This document shows, one piece after another, positions 10,368 to 19,401 of a DNA stretch of 64,000 nucleotides. The stretch's first letter is position 1; each line of letters opens with the position of its first letter. The notes below the pieces were generated by a model. That model was not told the origin of the DNA. It made no database searches and was given only the letters and a program-made list of their open reading frames with translations. This DNA comes from Clostridiales bacterium (GTDB lineage Bacteria; Bacillota; Clostridia; Christensenellales; CAG-138). The DNA lies in the NCBI GenBank assembly GCA_004554165.1, contig SFNQ01000008.1, forward strand, positions 451 through 64,450, written 5' to 3'. The position numbers and the translations under genes are program-made.

Positions 10368-10695
10368 GTAATAAGATTGTCCTGTTATTAAAGAGACAAT
10401 TTGGTTTGAAAAGGCTGCGTTGATTCCTGCCGTTTTGTGGCTGCTGCCAGAGGATCATCCATGCCAAAGCAGCCGTCAAAGGCCCGGGCTCACTCCGGAA
10501 AAGCGCGTGGGAGCCGCCTGCCTTTGCCGGCAACAGGGATAGGACCTGCGCCCGAGGCACACCGGGGATCGCTTCGGCCTCTCCCGTTATCCGGTCAGCG
10601 CAGAGGCTGCTGGTTTTTGTCCGCGCGGCAGCGGTTTTTCCACTGAAGCGCAGCATGCGGCCGCGCCATCCATCATCACCGCAGAGGAGAGCAGA

Positions 10696-13272
10696 ATGAG
10701 CCACACAACGAGAAGTACCGGCATGATTTCATTGATCGTCGTCGGCGCCTCGCCCTCCCTTCTTCCGGAATTGCAGCGCGCCCTGCCAGACAGCAACTGT
10801 CTTTCGGTTGCCGACGCAGCGGGCGCCCAGGCAATGCTCGCCCATGCCGACGCCAGCGTTGTCCTTGTGGATTTCTGCGCGGCGAAGGCTTCTCAGCTTC
10901 TCCGGCAGATGGATGAGGACCCTGCGTTTGACGGGCTTGCGCTCATGGCCGCCATTCCCGCAGGGGACAGCGAGGCAGAGGCCCTCGCTTATCGCTGCGG
11001 CGCTTTGCGTACCATCGCTCTGCCGTTTGACGCGGAGACTCTTCGGCAGGAGATTTGCGGCCTGACAGAATTGACCGCCGCGGTGCGCAGGCAGGAAGCG
11101 CGCCGCTGGAAATCCCAGCTTGCCCACCGCTCCCAGATTAACGAAAAAACCGGCCTGTGGAACTGGCAGACCTTTTGCAGCAAAACGGAGCAGCGTACCC
11201 GCGCCCGCTCCGAGTGCCAGTATGTGTTGGCGCACTGGGATATCGACCGTTTTATGCTGTTCAACCAGACCTTCGGCATTGCCGAGGGCGACCGGTTCCT
11301 CGCAAATCTGGGCATGCGGTATCGCAATCTGTTTGAAGGCATGGAGGGCGTCGTTTCCTTCGGCTATTTCGATGCGGACAATTTTCTCGCCTGCTGGGAA
11401 AAGGACGCTTTCGATGCGGCCAGCTTTTGCCGGCTTGTAACCGAACAGACCTGCTGTGTTTATTCCAATTATCGGTTTACCGTCCGGTTCGGCTTCTGCG
11501 AGTTCGACAATTCCGGGGCGGATATTGCCCTCATTTGCGATCAGGCGCTGCTTGCCTTGCGCTCCACCAAGCAGCACAACGACGCTTTCTTCGCCTGGTA
11601 CGATGAGTCCCTGCGCCTCCATGTACTTGAAGAGCAGCAGCTCCTCTCCGAGATGGATACCGCCATCGCCGAGGAGCAATTCCTCGTGTATTTTCAGCCA
11701 CAGTATAATTATGATACCAAAGAACTGGTCGGTGCGGAAGCTCTCGTGCGCTGGAAACATCCGCAAAAGGGCATGATCCCGCCGGACCGTTTTATTCCCC
11801 TGTACGAGCAGCGCGGGTTTATTTTTGAACTCGACCGCTATATTTGGAATCGCGTCTGCCGCCAGCTGCGCGCCTGGCTGGACATGGGCATCCGCATACC
11901 GAAGGTTTCGGTCAATGTCTCGCGACGCGACCTGCTGCACCCGCAGTTTGTCGATGTGCTGCGCAATCTGCTGAAAACCTACCGGCTCTCCCCCGCTCTG
12001 CTGGGCCTTGAGATCACGGAGTCCGCCTATATGGAGAATTCCCACCAGCTTATTCAGGCGGCAAACGCTCTGCGCGAGGCGGGCTTTTCCATCGAGATCG
12101 ATGATTTCGGCAGCGGCTACTCCTGCCTGAATACGCTGCGGGACGTGCCTGTGGACCTGCTCAAGCTGGATATGAAATTCCTCTTCAGCGAACACAGCGA
12201 TCGCGGCGGCCGCATCCTCAGTTCCATCGTCCGCATGGCGCATTCGCTGGATTTGCCGGTGCTGGCGGAGGGCGTGGAAACGCGCCAGCAGGCAGACTAC
12301 CTCAAGAGCATCAACTGTCTGCTCATGCAGGGTTATTATTTTGCAAAGCCCCTGCCCGCAGAAGAGTTTGAGCGGCTTTTGCGGGAAGCGGAGGGCTGCT
12401 CCTCCATACAGGACCGGCTCAAGCGCGGCATTGACGGCGCGGCGGATTTTCTCGACGCCAGCACGCAGTCCGCGCTGCTGTTCAACAGTTTTGTGGGCGG
12501 CGCTGGTATCGTTGAATACGACGGCGTCTGCCTGAACGCGCTGCGGCTCAACGATCAGTTTTTTGAGCAGCTTGCCATCACGCCGACGGAATACGGCAGC
12601 CTCAGCCACGACCTGCTGGATTACTGCGCGCCGGAATCCCGCGGCGCGCTGATCGCCGCACTGGAAAGCGCAATACAGACCGGGCAGGAAACCGGTCTGG
12701 AGCTTTTCATTCGCTCGCTGCGCGGGAACAGCCCCCCCTCCTGGCTCCGTTGCCGCCTGCGCTTTCTTGCAAAAAAGGTGGAAAGCTGTATCTTCTACTG
12801 TTCCATCGAAAATATCAGCCAGCAGAAACGCCTCCAGCTCATATGCCAAAGCGTCAGCCACGCCATTCCCGGCGGCATAGCCGCCTATGAGGTCCGTCCG
12901 GATGGCATCTTCCGCCAATACGCATCGGAGAGTATGGCGGCCCTCACCGGCTGGACGCAGCTGGAATATGCGGCCCGGGGCGCGGAGGACCTGCTGTCCC
13001 GCGTTGATCCGCCCGACAGGCCGCGCATGCGGGAGGCCATCCACAGCGCCATGGAGCAGGGAACATCTCTGGACCTGACCTTCCGCGCCATCCATAAGGA
13101 CGGGCACGCGGTCTGGCTGAACCTTCGCGGGCGCAGGACTGGCGAGCAAAACGGCCACCCGCTGCTCTTGGCCGTCTTTATCAGTCTTTCAAGCCTCTCA
13201 GAGCTGTACCCGGAGGCAATTCGCAGCGCGGATGGTACTCTTCCCTCCGCAACAGACGAGAACACGGAGTAA
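10696..13272 (+). CDS. Multidomain c-di-GMP phosphodiesterase: degenerate receiver, degenerate GGDEF, EAL, C-terminal PAS
   Basis: 858 aa. EAL signatures are intact: EALVRW, EIDDFGSGYS, LAEGVETRQQ, QGYYFAKP. The GGDEF position reads FGYFDADNF. The N-terminal REC-like fold lacks the acidic DD pocket. Confidence 0.85.
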   Translation: MSHTTRSTGMISLIVVGASPSLLPELQRALPDSNCLSVADAAGAQAMLAHADASVVLVDFCAAKASQLLRQMDEDPAFDGLALMAAIPAGDSEAEALAYRCGALRTIALPFDAETLRQEICGLTELTAAVRRQEARRWKSQLAHRSQINEKTGLWNWQTFCSKTEQRTRARSECQYVLAHWDIDRFMLFNQTFGIAEGDRFLANLGMRYRNLFEGMEGVVSFGYFDADNFLACWEKDAFDAASFCRLVTEQTCCVYSNYRFTVRFGFCEFDNSGADIALICDQALLALRSTKQHNDAFFAWYDESLRLHVLEEQQLLSEMDTAIAEEQFLVYFQPQYNYDTKELVGAEALVRWKHPQKGMIPPDRFIPLYEQRGFIFELDRYIWNRVCRQLRAWLDMGIRIPKVSVNVSRRDLLHPQFVDVLRNLLKTYRLSPALLGLEITESAYMENSHQLIQAANALREAGFSIEIDDFGSGYSCLNTLRDVPVDLLKLDMKFLFSEHSDRGGRILSSIVRMAHSLDLPVLAEGVETRQQADYLKSINCLLMQGYYFAKPLPAEEFERLLREAEGCSSIQDRLKRGIDGAADFLDASTQSALLFNSFVGGAGIVEYDGVCLNALRLNDQFFEQLAITPTEYGSLSHDLLDYCAPESRGALIAALESAIQTGQETGLELFIRSLRGNSPPSWLRCRLRFLAKKVESCIFYCSIENISQQKRLQLICQSVSHAIPGGIAAYEVRPDGIFRQYASESMAALTGWTQLEYAARGAEDLLSRVDPPDRPRMREAIHSAMEQGTSLDLTFRAIHKDGHAVWLNLRGRRTGEQNGHPLLLAVFISLSSLSELYPEAIRSADGTLPSATDENTE

Positions 13273-13429
13273 CCGCCGTTGGTGATTCGCCAGAATGCAG
13301 CGCCGTTTGCCACCGTTTGGCCGGGGCGGCTTGTCCGAAACCCCGCGCGACAGCTCCCTTTCCCGTTCCAGCGGAAGCCGGAGCGGCCGCCCGGGTGCGA
13401 ATGCGAGAGGCAAAACCTGTGAAAGTCCG

Positions 13430-13455
13430 AAAAAGTGGCGTTCCGCCACTTTTTC
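13430..13455. terminator. Bidirectional intrinsic terminator between the EAL gene and kdpE (convergent)
   Basis: Perfect hairpin AAAAAGTGGCG-TTC-CGCCACTTTTT with an A-run and T-run on either side. Confidence 0.6.
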
Positions 13456-13652
13456 GACACTCTGACACGCCCAAAAATCTTTCGGGCGTGCGGCTTTCAT
13501 CGGCTCACGTTGCGGCAAACTGCTGACCGAAACGGACACGCCCCTTGCAATGTCTCCCGCACGAATGGCTACTTTTAAAGCTATGAGCGGCATTACTGTT
13601 TTATGGACATCCACCGTTCCCTCCCGGTTTCTGTTGTACCTTTGCTTTTTTC

Positions 13653-14363
13653 TTAATCCCCCTCGCGAATCCAGTAGCCCACGCCGATTTCCGTGCGCAA
13701 ATACTGCGGCGCGGCAGGATTCTTCTCGATCTTTCGGCGGATATTCGCCATGTTGACGCGCAGAATCTGCTTATCAAAGGCTGCGTTCGGTCCCCAGATA
13801 TTCTTGATCATAAAGTCGTAGGTAAGCACACGCCCCGCATGCCGCGCCAGAAGCTCAAGAATACGAAACTCGATCTGCGTCAGATGGATGTCCTCGCCGT
13901 CGAGAAAGACGCGGTGTCTGCCGTAATCCACGGTCAAACCGCCGCAATGGTACTCGCCCTCCTGCGCGCTGCCGCCCAGCGCCGCTTTCCGCTGCGCAGA
14001 GTGCCGCAGCGCCGTGCGCAGGCGGGCCATCAGCTCCGCCGTGGAAAAGGGTTTGGTCACATAGTCGTCCGCGCCCAGATCCAGCGCGGCCACCTTGTCC
14101 CGCTCATGCATGCGCGCAGAAACTACGAGGATGGGCACCTCCGACCACTCGCGAATGGACTGGATGACCCGCTGTCCGTCGATATCCGGCAGACCGAGAT
14201 CCAGTATAATCGCGTCCGGACAGTGCGAGGACGCCAGCATGAGCGCCTGCGAGCCGTTCTGCGCGCTCAGCACATCAAAATTGTTTGCTGCAAGAACCGT
14301 GGAAATAAAGTTTGTGATGCTCGTCTCGTCCTCCACAACGAGAATGCGCTCCTTATGTCCCAT
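13653..14363 (-). CDS. kdpE: OmpR-family response regulator, KdpE-like
   Basis: 236 aa. RILVVEDE, IILDLGLPDIDG, LSAR..DKVAALDLGADDYVTKPF align closely with my memory of E. coli KdpE. C-terminal winged helix is present. Confidence 0.85.
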   Translation of the reverse strand: MGHKERILVVEDETSITNFISTVLAANNFDVLSAQNGSQALMLASSHCPDAIILDLGLPDIDGQRVIQSIREWSEVPILVVSARMHERDKVAALDLGADDYVTKPFSTAELMARLRTALRHSAQRKAALGGSAQEGEYHCGGLTVDYGRHRVFLDGEDIHLTQIEFRILELLARHAGRVLTYDFMIKNIWGPNAAFDKQILRVNMANIRRKIEKNPAAPQYLRTEIGVGYWIREGD

Positions 14364-15459
14364 ATTTTGCTCCCTCCATCGGCAGTGTAAAAGAGACGCT
14401 CAGTCCGCCGGCCGGACGGTTCTTCGCCCACATGCGGCCGCCATGGGCCTTGATGATCGCGTTGCAGACCGAGAGGCCAATCCCCATATTCCGCTTGCTG
14501 TCGCCCGCGGAAGCGGAGACGCCTCCCCAATCCTCAAACAGATGCTTGAGCAGCTCCGGACGAACGCCGCAGCCGTTGTCCGATACGGTGAAGACTGCCC
14601 GTTCTCCCCCTTCCGCCGCAGCGGTCAGGTCGATCTCCGTGGCGTTCTCTCCATGGGTCACAACGTTTTCGAGAAGATTGACGAGCACCTGCTCGATCAG
14701 CATGGCGTCCATAGGGCAAACGAGAAGCTGCTCCGGCACATGTACCCGGATCTCCCGCTCCGGAAAGCGCTTACAAAACTTTGCAACCGCCTCGGCCACC
14801 ACCTCCTCCACCAGCTCCGGCGTTTTTTCTATCCGCGCCGCGCGGTCCTGATCCTGACGGATGCGTGTGATCGTAAGCAGGTTTTCCACCATGCGGATGA
14901 GCCACTGGGCGTCGTTCTCGATCTCTTCGTGCAGACGCTGCCGCTGCGCCGGGTTGAGCTTATCCCCGTTTTCCATCAGCGCGGAGTTTGCCCCCAGGAT
15001 GGAGGTCAGGGGCGTTCTGAGATCATGCGAAATGGCGCGCAGCAGATTGCCGCGGATCATCTCGCGGTCCGCGTCGCGCCGCGCCTGCTCCTGCTGCTTG
15101 ATGCGCGCGGTCAGCGTACAGGTCAGAATGGATACCGCCAGCATGCAGGCAATGGCGATGGGATAGCCCGGCAAAAAGAAGTTGAACTCGAAATAGGGAT
15201 AGGTAAACACATAGTTGACTGCGAGCACGCCGATCAGCGATGCGGTCACGCCATAACGATACCCATCGGTAAAGCGGGAAACCAGCAGCACCGCCAGAAC
15301 GAACACCATCGAAACATAGGCGTCGCTGCTCTCCACGCCGTCGATGCCGCGCAAAAAGAAGCATACCCCTGCCGCAGCCGCAAGAATCAAAATGGTGCAG
15401 ACCACATTTTTTAACGCGCGGCGCGCGCCGCCTGACCGCATCTCATCGCCCTTCGACAT
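14353..15459 (-). CDS. KdpD-type sensor histidine kinase lacking the N-terminal KdpD/Usp sensor domains (DUF4118-HisKA-HATPase only)
   Basis: Start chosen at MSKGDEM (ATG 15459), and the track ORF extends to 15546. Four TM helices, then the H-box LLRAISHDLRTPLTSI and N/G boxes (NLLENVVTHG, DNGCG, GIGLSVC). 11-nt overlap with kdpE. Confidence 0.85.
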   Translation of the reverse strand: MSKGDEMRSGGARRALKNVVCTILILAAAAGVCFFLRGIDGVESSDAYVSMVFVLAVLLVSRFTDGYRYGVTASLIGVLAVNYVFTYPYFEFNFFLPGYPIAIACMLAVSILTCTLTARIKQQEQARRDADREMIRGNLLRAISHDLRTPLTSILGANSALMENGDKLNPAQRQRLHEEIENDAQWLIRMVENLLTITRIRQDQDRAARIEKTPELVEEVVAEAVAKFCKRFPEREIRVHVPEQLLVCPMDAMLIEQVLVNLLENVVTHGENATEIDLTAAAEGGERAVFTVSDNGCGVRPELLKHLFEDWGGVSASAGDSKRNMGIGLSVCNAIIKAHGGRMWAKNRPAGGLSVSFTLPMEGAKYGT

Positions 15460-15604
15460 GGCATTTCCCCTTGTTTTCCCGCATTGTCCGACGGTTCCTC
15501 TCCGAACAGGGGTATTATAACATCCCTTCCGAAAAAAAAGAACCATCCGAACAGCTTCCCTCCGGATGGCTCAATGCAGGCACAAACCCATTCCGATTCA
15601 GGCT

Positions 15605-15703
15605 TCAGTTTTTGGCCTGCTTCTTATCCACAATTTCCATAATCCAGTAAGTAAAGCCGCAAACGGCAAGGGAGATAGCAACCGCTGTAAGAACAAGCAA
15701 CAT
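15605..15703 (-). CDS. 32-aa hydrophobic peptide (MLLVLTAVAISLAVCGFTYWIMEIVDKKQAKN), unknown function
   Basis: GAGGAGGA sits 8 nt upstream of the ATG, and it has its own promoter (next feature). It has one TM helix plus a basic tail. It lies 145 nt upstream of, and co-directional with, the short kdpD-like gene. Confidence 0.45.
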   Translation of the reverse strand: MLLVLTAVAISLAVCGFTYWIMEIVDKKQAKN

Positions 15704-15739
15704 ACGACAGGATCCTCCTCTGTTTGGTTTTGTACTATT

Positions 15740-15768
15740 ATTTTATTCGCCGGAGCTTGCCGCAGCAA
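15740..15768 (-). promoter_or_regulatory. SigA-type promoter for the 32-aa peptide gene (and possibly kinase/regulator)
   Basis: Minus strand reads TTGCTG-17 nt-TAAAAT. Confidence 0.45.
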
Positions 15769-15891
15769 TGGCCTGGCAGAGTTCTTGATTTCGTGTTAAG
15801 GCCCAGCGACCACTTTTTAATGGTTCCTTTATGGGGTTAAAATGGTATAAAGAACTGGCCTTTTTCTAAATTCAGTATCGAAAAAATGTAC

Positions 15892-15920
15892 TGGACAGGA
15901 GCGCTTTTGTTCTGTATGAT
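15892..15920 (+). promoter_or_regulatory. SigA-type promoter for the decarboxylase beta-subunit gene
   Basis: TGGACA-17 nt-TATGAT. Confidence 0.5.
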
Positions 15921-15962
15921 ACTGTATGCAAAATTTAGGTCAAAGGACGGTAACCGGTAACA

Positions 15963-17084
15963 GTGGCAGCAATTTTTGAAAACATTCCAAACCTCACCTG
16001 GCAGCAGGCCGTCATGTGGTGCATCGGCGGTTTGCTCATCTATCTGGCAATCAAGCGGGACATGGAGCCGACGCTGCTGCTGCCCATGGGCTTTGGCGCA
16101 ATCCTTGTAAACCTGCCCATGTCCGGCGCGGTAACGCAGATCGTGGACGGCGCGGCGGAGATCGGCGTGATCGATCTGCTCTTTCAAAGCGGCATTGCAA
16201 ACGAGCTTTTCCCGCTGCTGCTGTTCATCGGCATCGGCGCGATGATCGATTTTGGCCCGCTGCTCTCAAACCCCAAGCTCATGCTCTTTGGCGCGGCGGC
16301 CCAGTTCGGCATCTTTTTTACGCTGAGCATGGCCTCTCTCTTCGGTTTCTCGCTGAAGGACGCGGCCTCCATCGCGATCATCGGCGCGGCCGACGGCCCG
16401 ACCTCCATCTTTGTGGCGAATTTTCTAAAGTCCAACTACATCGGCGCGATCATTGTGGCGGCCTATTCCTATATGGCGCTTGTGCCCATCGTTCAGCCGC
16501 CCATCATCCGCCTGCTCACCACGAAAAATGAGCGGCGCATCCGCATGCCCTATGCCAACGCTTCGGTGTCGAAGGCGACGCGCATTCTCTTCCCCATCGT
16601 GGTGACGATCATTGCGGGCGTGGTTGCACCCCGTTCGGTTGCGCTCATCGGCTTTTTGATGTTCGGCAACCTCATCCGCGAATGCGGCGTGCTGGGTTCC
16701 CTGTCCGAAACCGCGCAGAAGGTGCTGGCAAACCTTATCACGCTGCTGCTGGGGCTCACCGTTGCCGCACGCATGCAGGCGGACGCCTTCCTGAACGTGC
16801 AGACGCTGATGATTCTGGGCCTGGGCTTGTTCGCCTTTGTCTTTGATACCGCAGGCGGCGTGCTCTTTGCAAAGCTCCTCAATCTGTTCTCAAAGCAGAA
16901 GGTCAACCCCATGATCGGTGCGGCCGGCATTTCGGCCTTCCCCATGTCCGCGCGGGTGGTGCATAAGATGGGCCTGCGGGAGGATCCGCAGAACTTCCTG
17001 CTGATGCACGCTGCGGGCGCAAATGTTTCCGGGCAGATCGCCTCCGTCATCGCGGGGGGAATCCTGCTCAATCTGCTGGGTTAA
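15963..17084 (+). CDS. Sodium ion-translocating decarboxylase beta subunit (OadB/GcdB/MmdB family)
   Basis: 373 aa polytopic membrane protein with a GTG start. LAIKRDMEPTLLLPMGFGAILVNLP and IIGAADGPTSIF match the family. Confidence 0.9.
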   Translation: MAAIFENIPNLTWQQAVMWCIGGLLIYLAIKRDMEPTLLLPMGFGAILVNLPMSGAVTQIVDGAAEIGVIDLLFQSGIANELFPLLLFIGIGAMIDFGPLLSNPKLMLFGAAAQFGIFFTLSMASLFGFSLKDAASIAIIGAADGPTSIFVANFLKSNYIGAIIVAAYSYMALVPIVQPPIIRLLTTKNERRIRMPYANASVSKATRILFPIVVTIIAGVVAPRSVALIGFLMFGNLIRECGVLGSLSETAQKVLANLITLLLGLTVAARMQADAFLNVQTLMILGLGLFAFVFDTAGGVLFAKLLNLFSKQKVNPMIGAAGISAFPMSARVVHKMGLREDPQNFLLMHAAGANVSGQIASVIAGGILLNLLG

Positions 17085-17099
17085 GGAGGGAGTACAGCC

Positions 17100-17261
17100 A
17101 TGCTGAATGTAGACCAGTTTCTTTCCACACTGCCCATCATGCTCAAGGGCATGGGCGGTATCTTCATTGTGACGGCGGCGATCATTCTCTGTATCGCCCT
17201 GCTCAACCGCGTCTCCAACGCCGCAGCCAAAAAGCAGGGCGACAGCCGGCCAAACGACTGA
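17100..17261 (+). CDS. OadG/GcdD-like small membrane subunit (53 aa)
   Basis: AGGAGGGAG lies upstream of the ATG. MLNVDQFLSTLPIMLKGMGGIFIVTAAIILCIALLNRVS fits the L.GMG.VF...L...I pattern of decarboxylase gamma/delta chains. It is below the ORF-track cutoff. Confidence 0.6.
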   Translation: MLNVDQFLSTLPIMLKGMGGIFIVTAAIILCIALLNRVSNAAAKKQGDSRPND

Positions 17262-17464
17262 GGGACGGGATTTGTTTTGGCCGGGCGGGCGCCGCGGGCG
17301 CCAGCTGCCCAAGAAAGCTGCTCAATAAAATGGATTCTTGTCACTTGACAGGCAGAGCCGGCGCATAACGCCGGCTCTGTTGAAGCTCGTTTCACCGCTC
17401 TACCCTGTGGTTTCGTCTGGTCGAAGCCTGCGGTTCACCGGCTCCGTCGATTCCCTATTTCCCA

Positions 17465-18703
17465 TCACTTCCCCGCGCCGCCGATCAGCAGCACCGTCAG
17501 ATCGTTTACATTGGTCCCGGTCGGGCCGGTGCGGATCAGTCCGCCGCAGGCGTCCAGGGCGGGATAGGCGTCGTTATTGTCCAGCGCGGCGCGCAGGGAA
17601 ATGCCCCGCTGCGCAAGCAAGCGCGCCGTATCGCCGTCCACATAGCCGCCCGCCGCATCCGTAGGACCGTCGGTGCCGTCGGAGCCGATCGAGAACAGGC
17701 CGGCGTTGGCAAGTCCCGCAAGCCCGGCCGCCGCTGCAAGCGCCAGCTCCTGATTCCTGCCGCCCTTGCCGCTGCCCCGCACCGTTACGACGGTCTCTCC
17801 GCCGGCGATAAAGGCAAGCGGCTCTGCGGACGCGTCATGGGTCTGCGCGATGGAGGCAAAAAAGCGCCCCGCATCGTCTGCGTTGCAGCACAGCCGGTCG
17901 GTCAGCACAATGGGCCGAAAGCCCAGTTTCCGGCAGCTCTCTGCCGCCGCGCGGCAAAGCTGGCGGACACTGCCGCAGATCACCGTCTCCACGTTTTCTG
18001 CCGACTTTGGCGTTTCCACGGTCAGGCAGGCGCGCGCCTCCTTCGAGAGCCGGAGTGCGTAGCGCGCGACGATCTGCCGGGCCTCGGCGCAGCTTGACGG
18101 GTCCGCGCAGGCCGGACCGGAAGCAATCATATCCGGCGGATCGCCCAGCACATCCGACAGCGCGACCACGAGCACACGGGCCGGCAGGCAATGCGCCGCA
18201 AAGCGGCCGCCCTTAACGGCGGAAAGCCGCTTGCGCACGGTATTCATCTCCACGATGTCCGCGCCGCTGCGCAGCAGAGCATCCGTAGCGCATTGCAGCT
18301 CCGCCAGCGAAATCAGCGGCTTTTCAAACAGCGCGGACCCGCCGCCGGAGAGCAGCAGCAACACCGTATCCTCAGCGCAAAGTCCCGCCGTCATGGCAAG
18401 CGCAGCCTCCGTCGCAGCAACGCTGTTTTCATCCGGCACGGGATGTCCCGCCTCAAACAGGCGCAGCCCCGGCAGCGCACCGCGCACATGGCCATATTTG
18501 GTAATGACCATGCCCTCCGCCACCGCTTCCCCCAGCAGCGCCGACGCCGTCGCCGCCATCTGCCAGGCGGCCTTGCCCACCGCCAGCAGGAACACCCGCC
18601 CCGGAAAGCGCCTGCCCTGCAGCGCGCGGCGCACCGCCGCATCCGGCAATGCCGCCCGGATCGCCTCCTGCAGGATCTGTTCCGCCACCTGCCGCAGCTC
18701 CAA
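17465..18703 (-). CDS. Glycerate 2-kinase / hydroxypyruvate reductase-like (DUF4147 + MOFRL domains)
   Basis: Start reassigned to TTG 18703, with GAGGGGAGGGA 6 nt upstream. The upstream 45 codons of the track ORF look non-coding. AVGKAAWQMA and the GGETVVTVRGSGKGGRNQELALAAA motif are typical of GckA/TtuD. Confidence 0.8.
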   Translation of the reverse strand: MELRQVAEQILQEAIRAALPDAAVRRALQGRRFPGRVFLLAVGKAAWQMAATASALLGEAVAEGMVITKYGHVRGALPGLRLFEAGHPVPDENSVAATEAALAMTAGLCAEDTVLLLLSGGGSALFEKPLISLAELQCATDALLRSGADIVEMNTVRKRLSAVKGGRFAAHCLPARVLVVALSDVLGDPPDMIASGPACADPSSCAEARQIVARYALRLSKEARACLTVETPKSAENVETVICGSVRQLCRAAAESCRKLGFRPIVLTDRLCCNADDAGRFFASIAQTHDASAEPLAFIAGGETVVTVRGSGKGGRNQELALAAAAGLAGLANAGLFSIGSDGTDGPTDAAGGYVDGDTARLLAQRGISLRAALDNNDAYPALDACGGLIRTGPTGTNVNDLTVLLIGGAGK

Positions 18704-18874
18704 GGCAAATCCCTCCCCTCGCAATGTACCGGCGCAGACTGCGCCGGTTCCCTTCTTTAATGATAGCACAAGGCAGCAGAGCAAAGAAAGCGCGGAGAGG
18801 CAAAACGCCGCGCTTTTGGCACGGCGTTCGCCTGACACACAAACACGTTATTTTACTTTTCGCGTCTGCCCTCC

Positions 18875-19243
18875 TTATGCTTTCCAGAGCCCATGCAGAT
18901 TGCAGTAGGCATAGGCGGCCACGGGCTCGTCGCCCTCCGCCAGCAGGAACTCCGCCTGCGGCGCGGCATCGGGCCGCAGGTTCTTCCGCTGCACGCCCTG
19001 CTTTGTCTCCAGGATGATCCAGGCAATATGGTGATCCTCACCCATCGGGTGCGAGACGGAACCCACCGAAACGTTTACCACGCTGCCGCTGTGGGATACG
19101 ACGGGCACATGCTTTTCCGAGGATGCGTCCACGGTATTGGGTACAAGCTCCTGCATTTTTTCGCCGCAGCACATAACCGGTACACCGTGATCCTCCACAA
19201 AGGTAATGATATTTCCGCAATGCTTGCAAACAAACAGTTTCAT
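18875..19243 (-). CDS. dfx: Desulfoferrodoxin-type superoxide reductase
   Basis: 122 aa. N-terminal desulforedoxin Cys motif (CKHCGN...CCGEKM), plus centre II ligands in HPMGEDHHIAWI and CNLHGLW. Confidence 0.9.
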   Translation of the reverse strand: MKLFVCKHCGNIITFVEDHGVPVMCCGEKMQELVPNTVDASSEKHVPVVSHSGSVVNVSVGSVSHPMGEDHHIAWIILETKQGVQRKNLRPDAAPQAEFLLAEGDEPVAAYAYCNLHGLWKA

Positions 19244-19401
19244 AATCTCACCCTTTCTGCTTTTTCGTTATATCCTTTGTCTTTCTCGGCAGCGATATGC
19301 GCTCGGCAAGTGCGGTTGCCGGCACATTTCCTTACTGCCCGCCATGGGGAGCGAAGCCTGCGCCACACGCGCGTCCTTCGCGCTCCACATCTTATGCTGC
19401 C

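Noticed and set aside
10368-10695. c-di-GMP riboswitch in the leader of the EAL gene
   Set aside because: I found no GGGACGCAAAGCC-type (GEMM-I) or class II signature by eye.
10729-13158. 809-aa ORF antisense to the EAL/PAS gene
   Set aside because: It is a shadow ORF. The plus-strand frame carries complete EAL signatures, and the antisense product is low-complexity.
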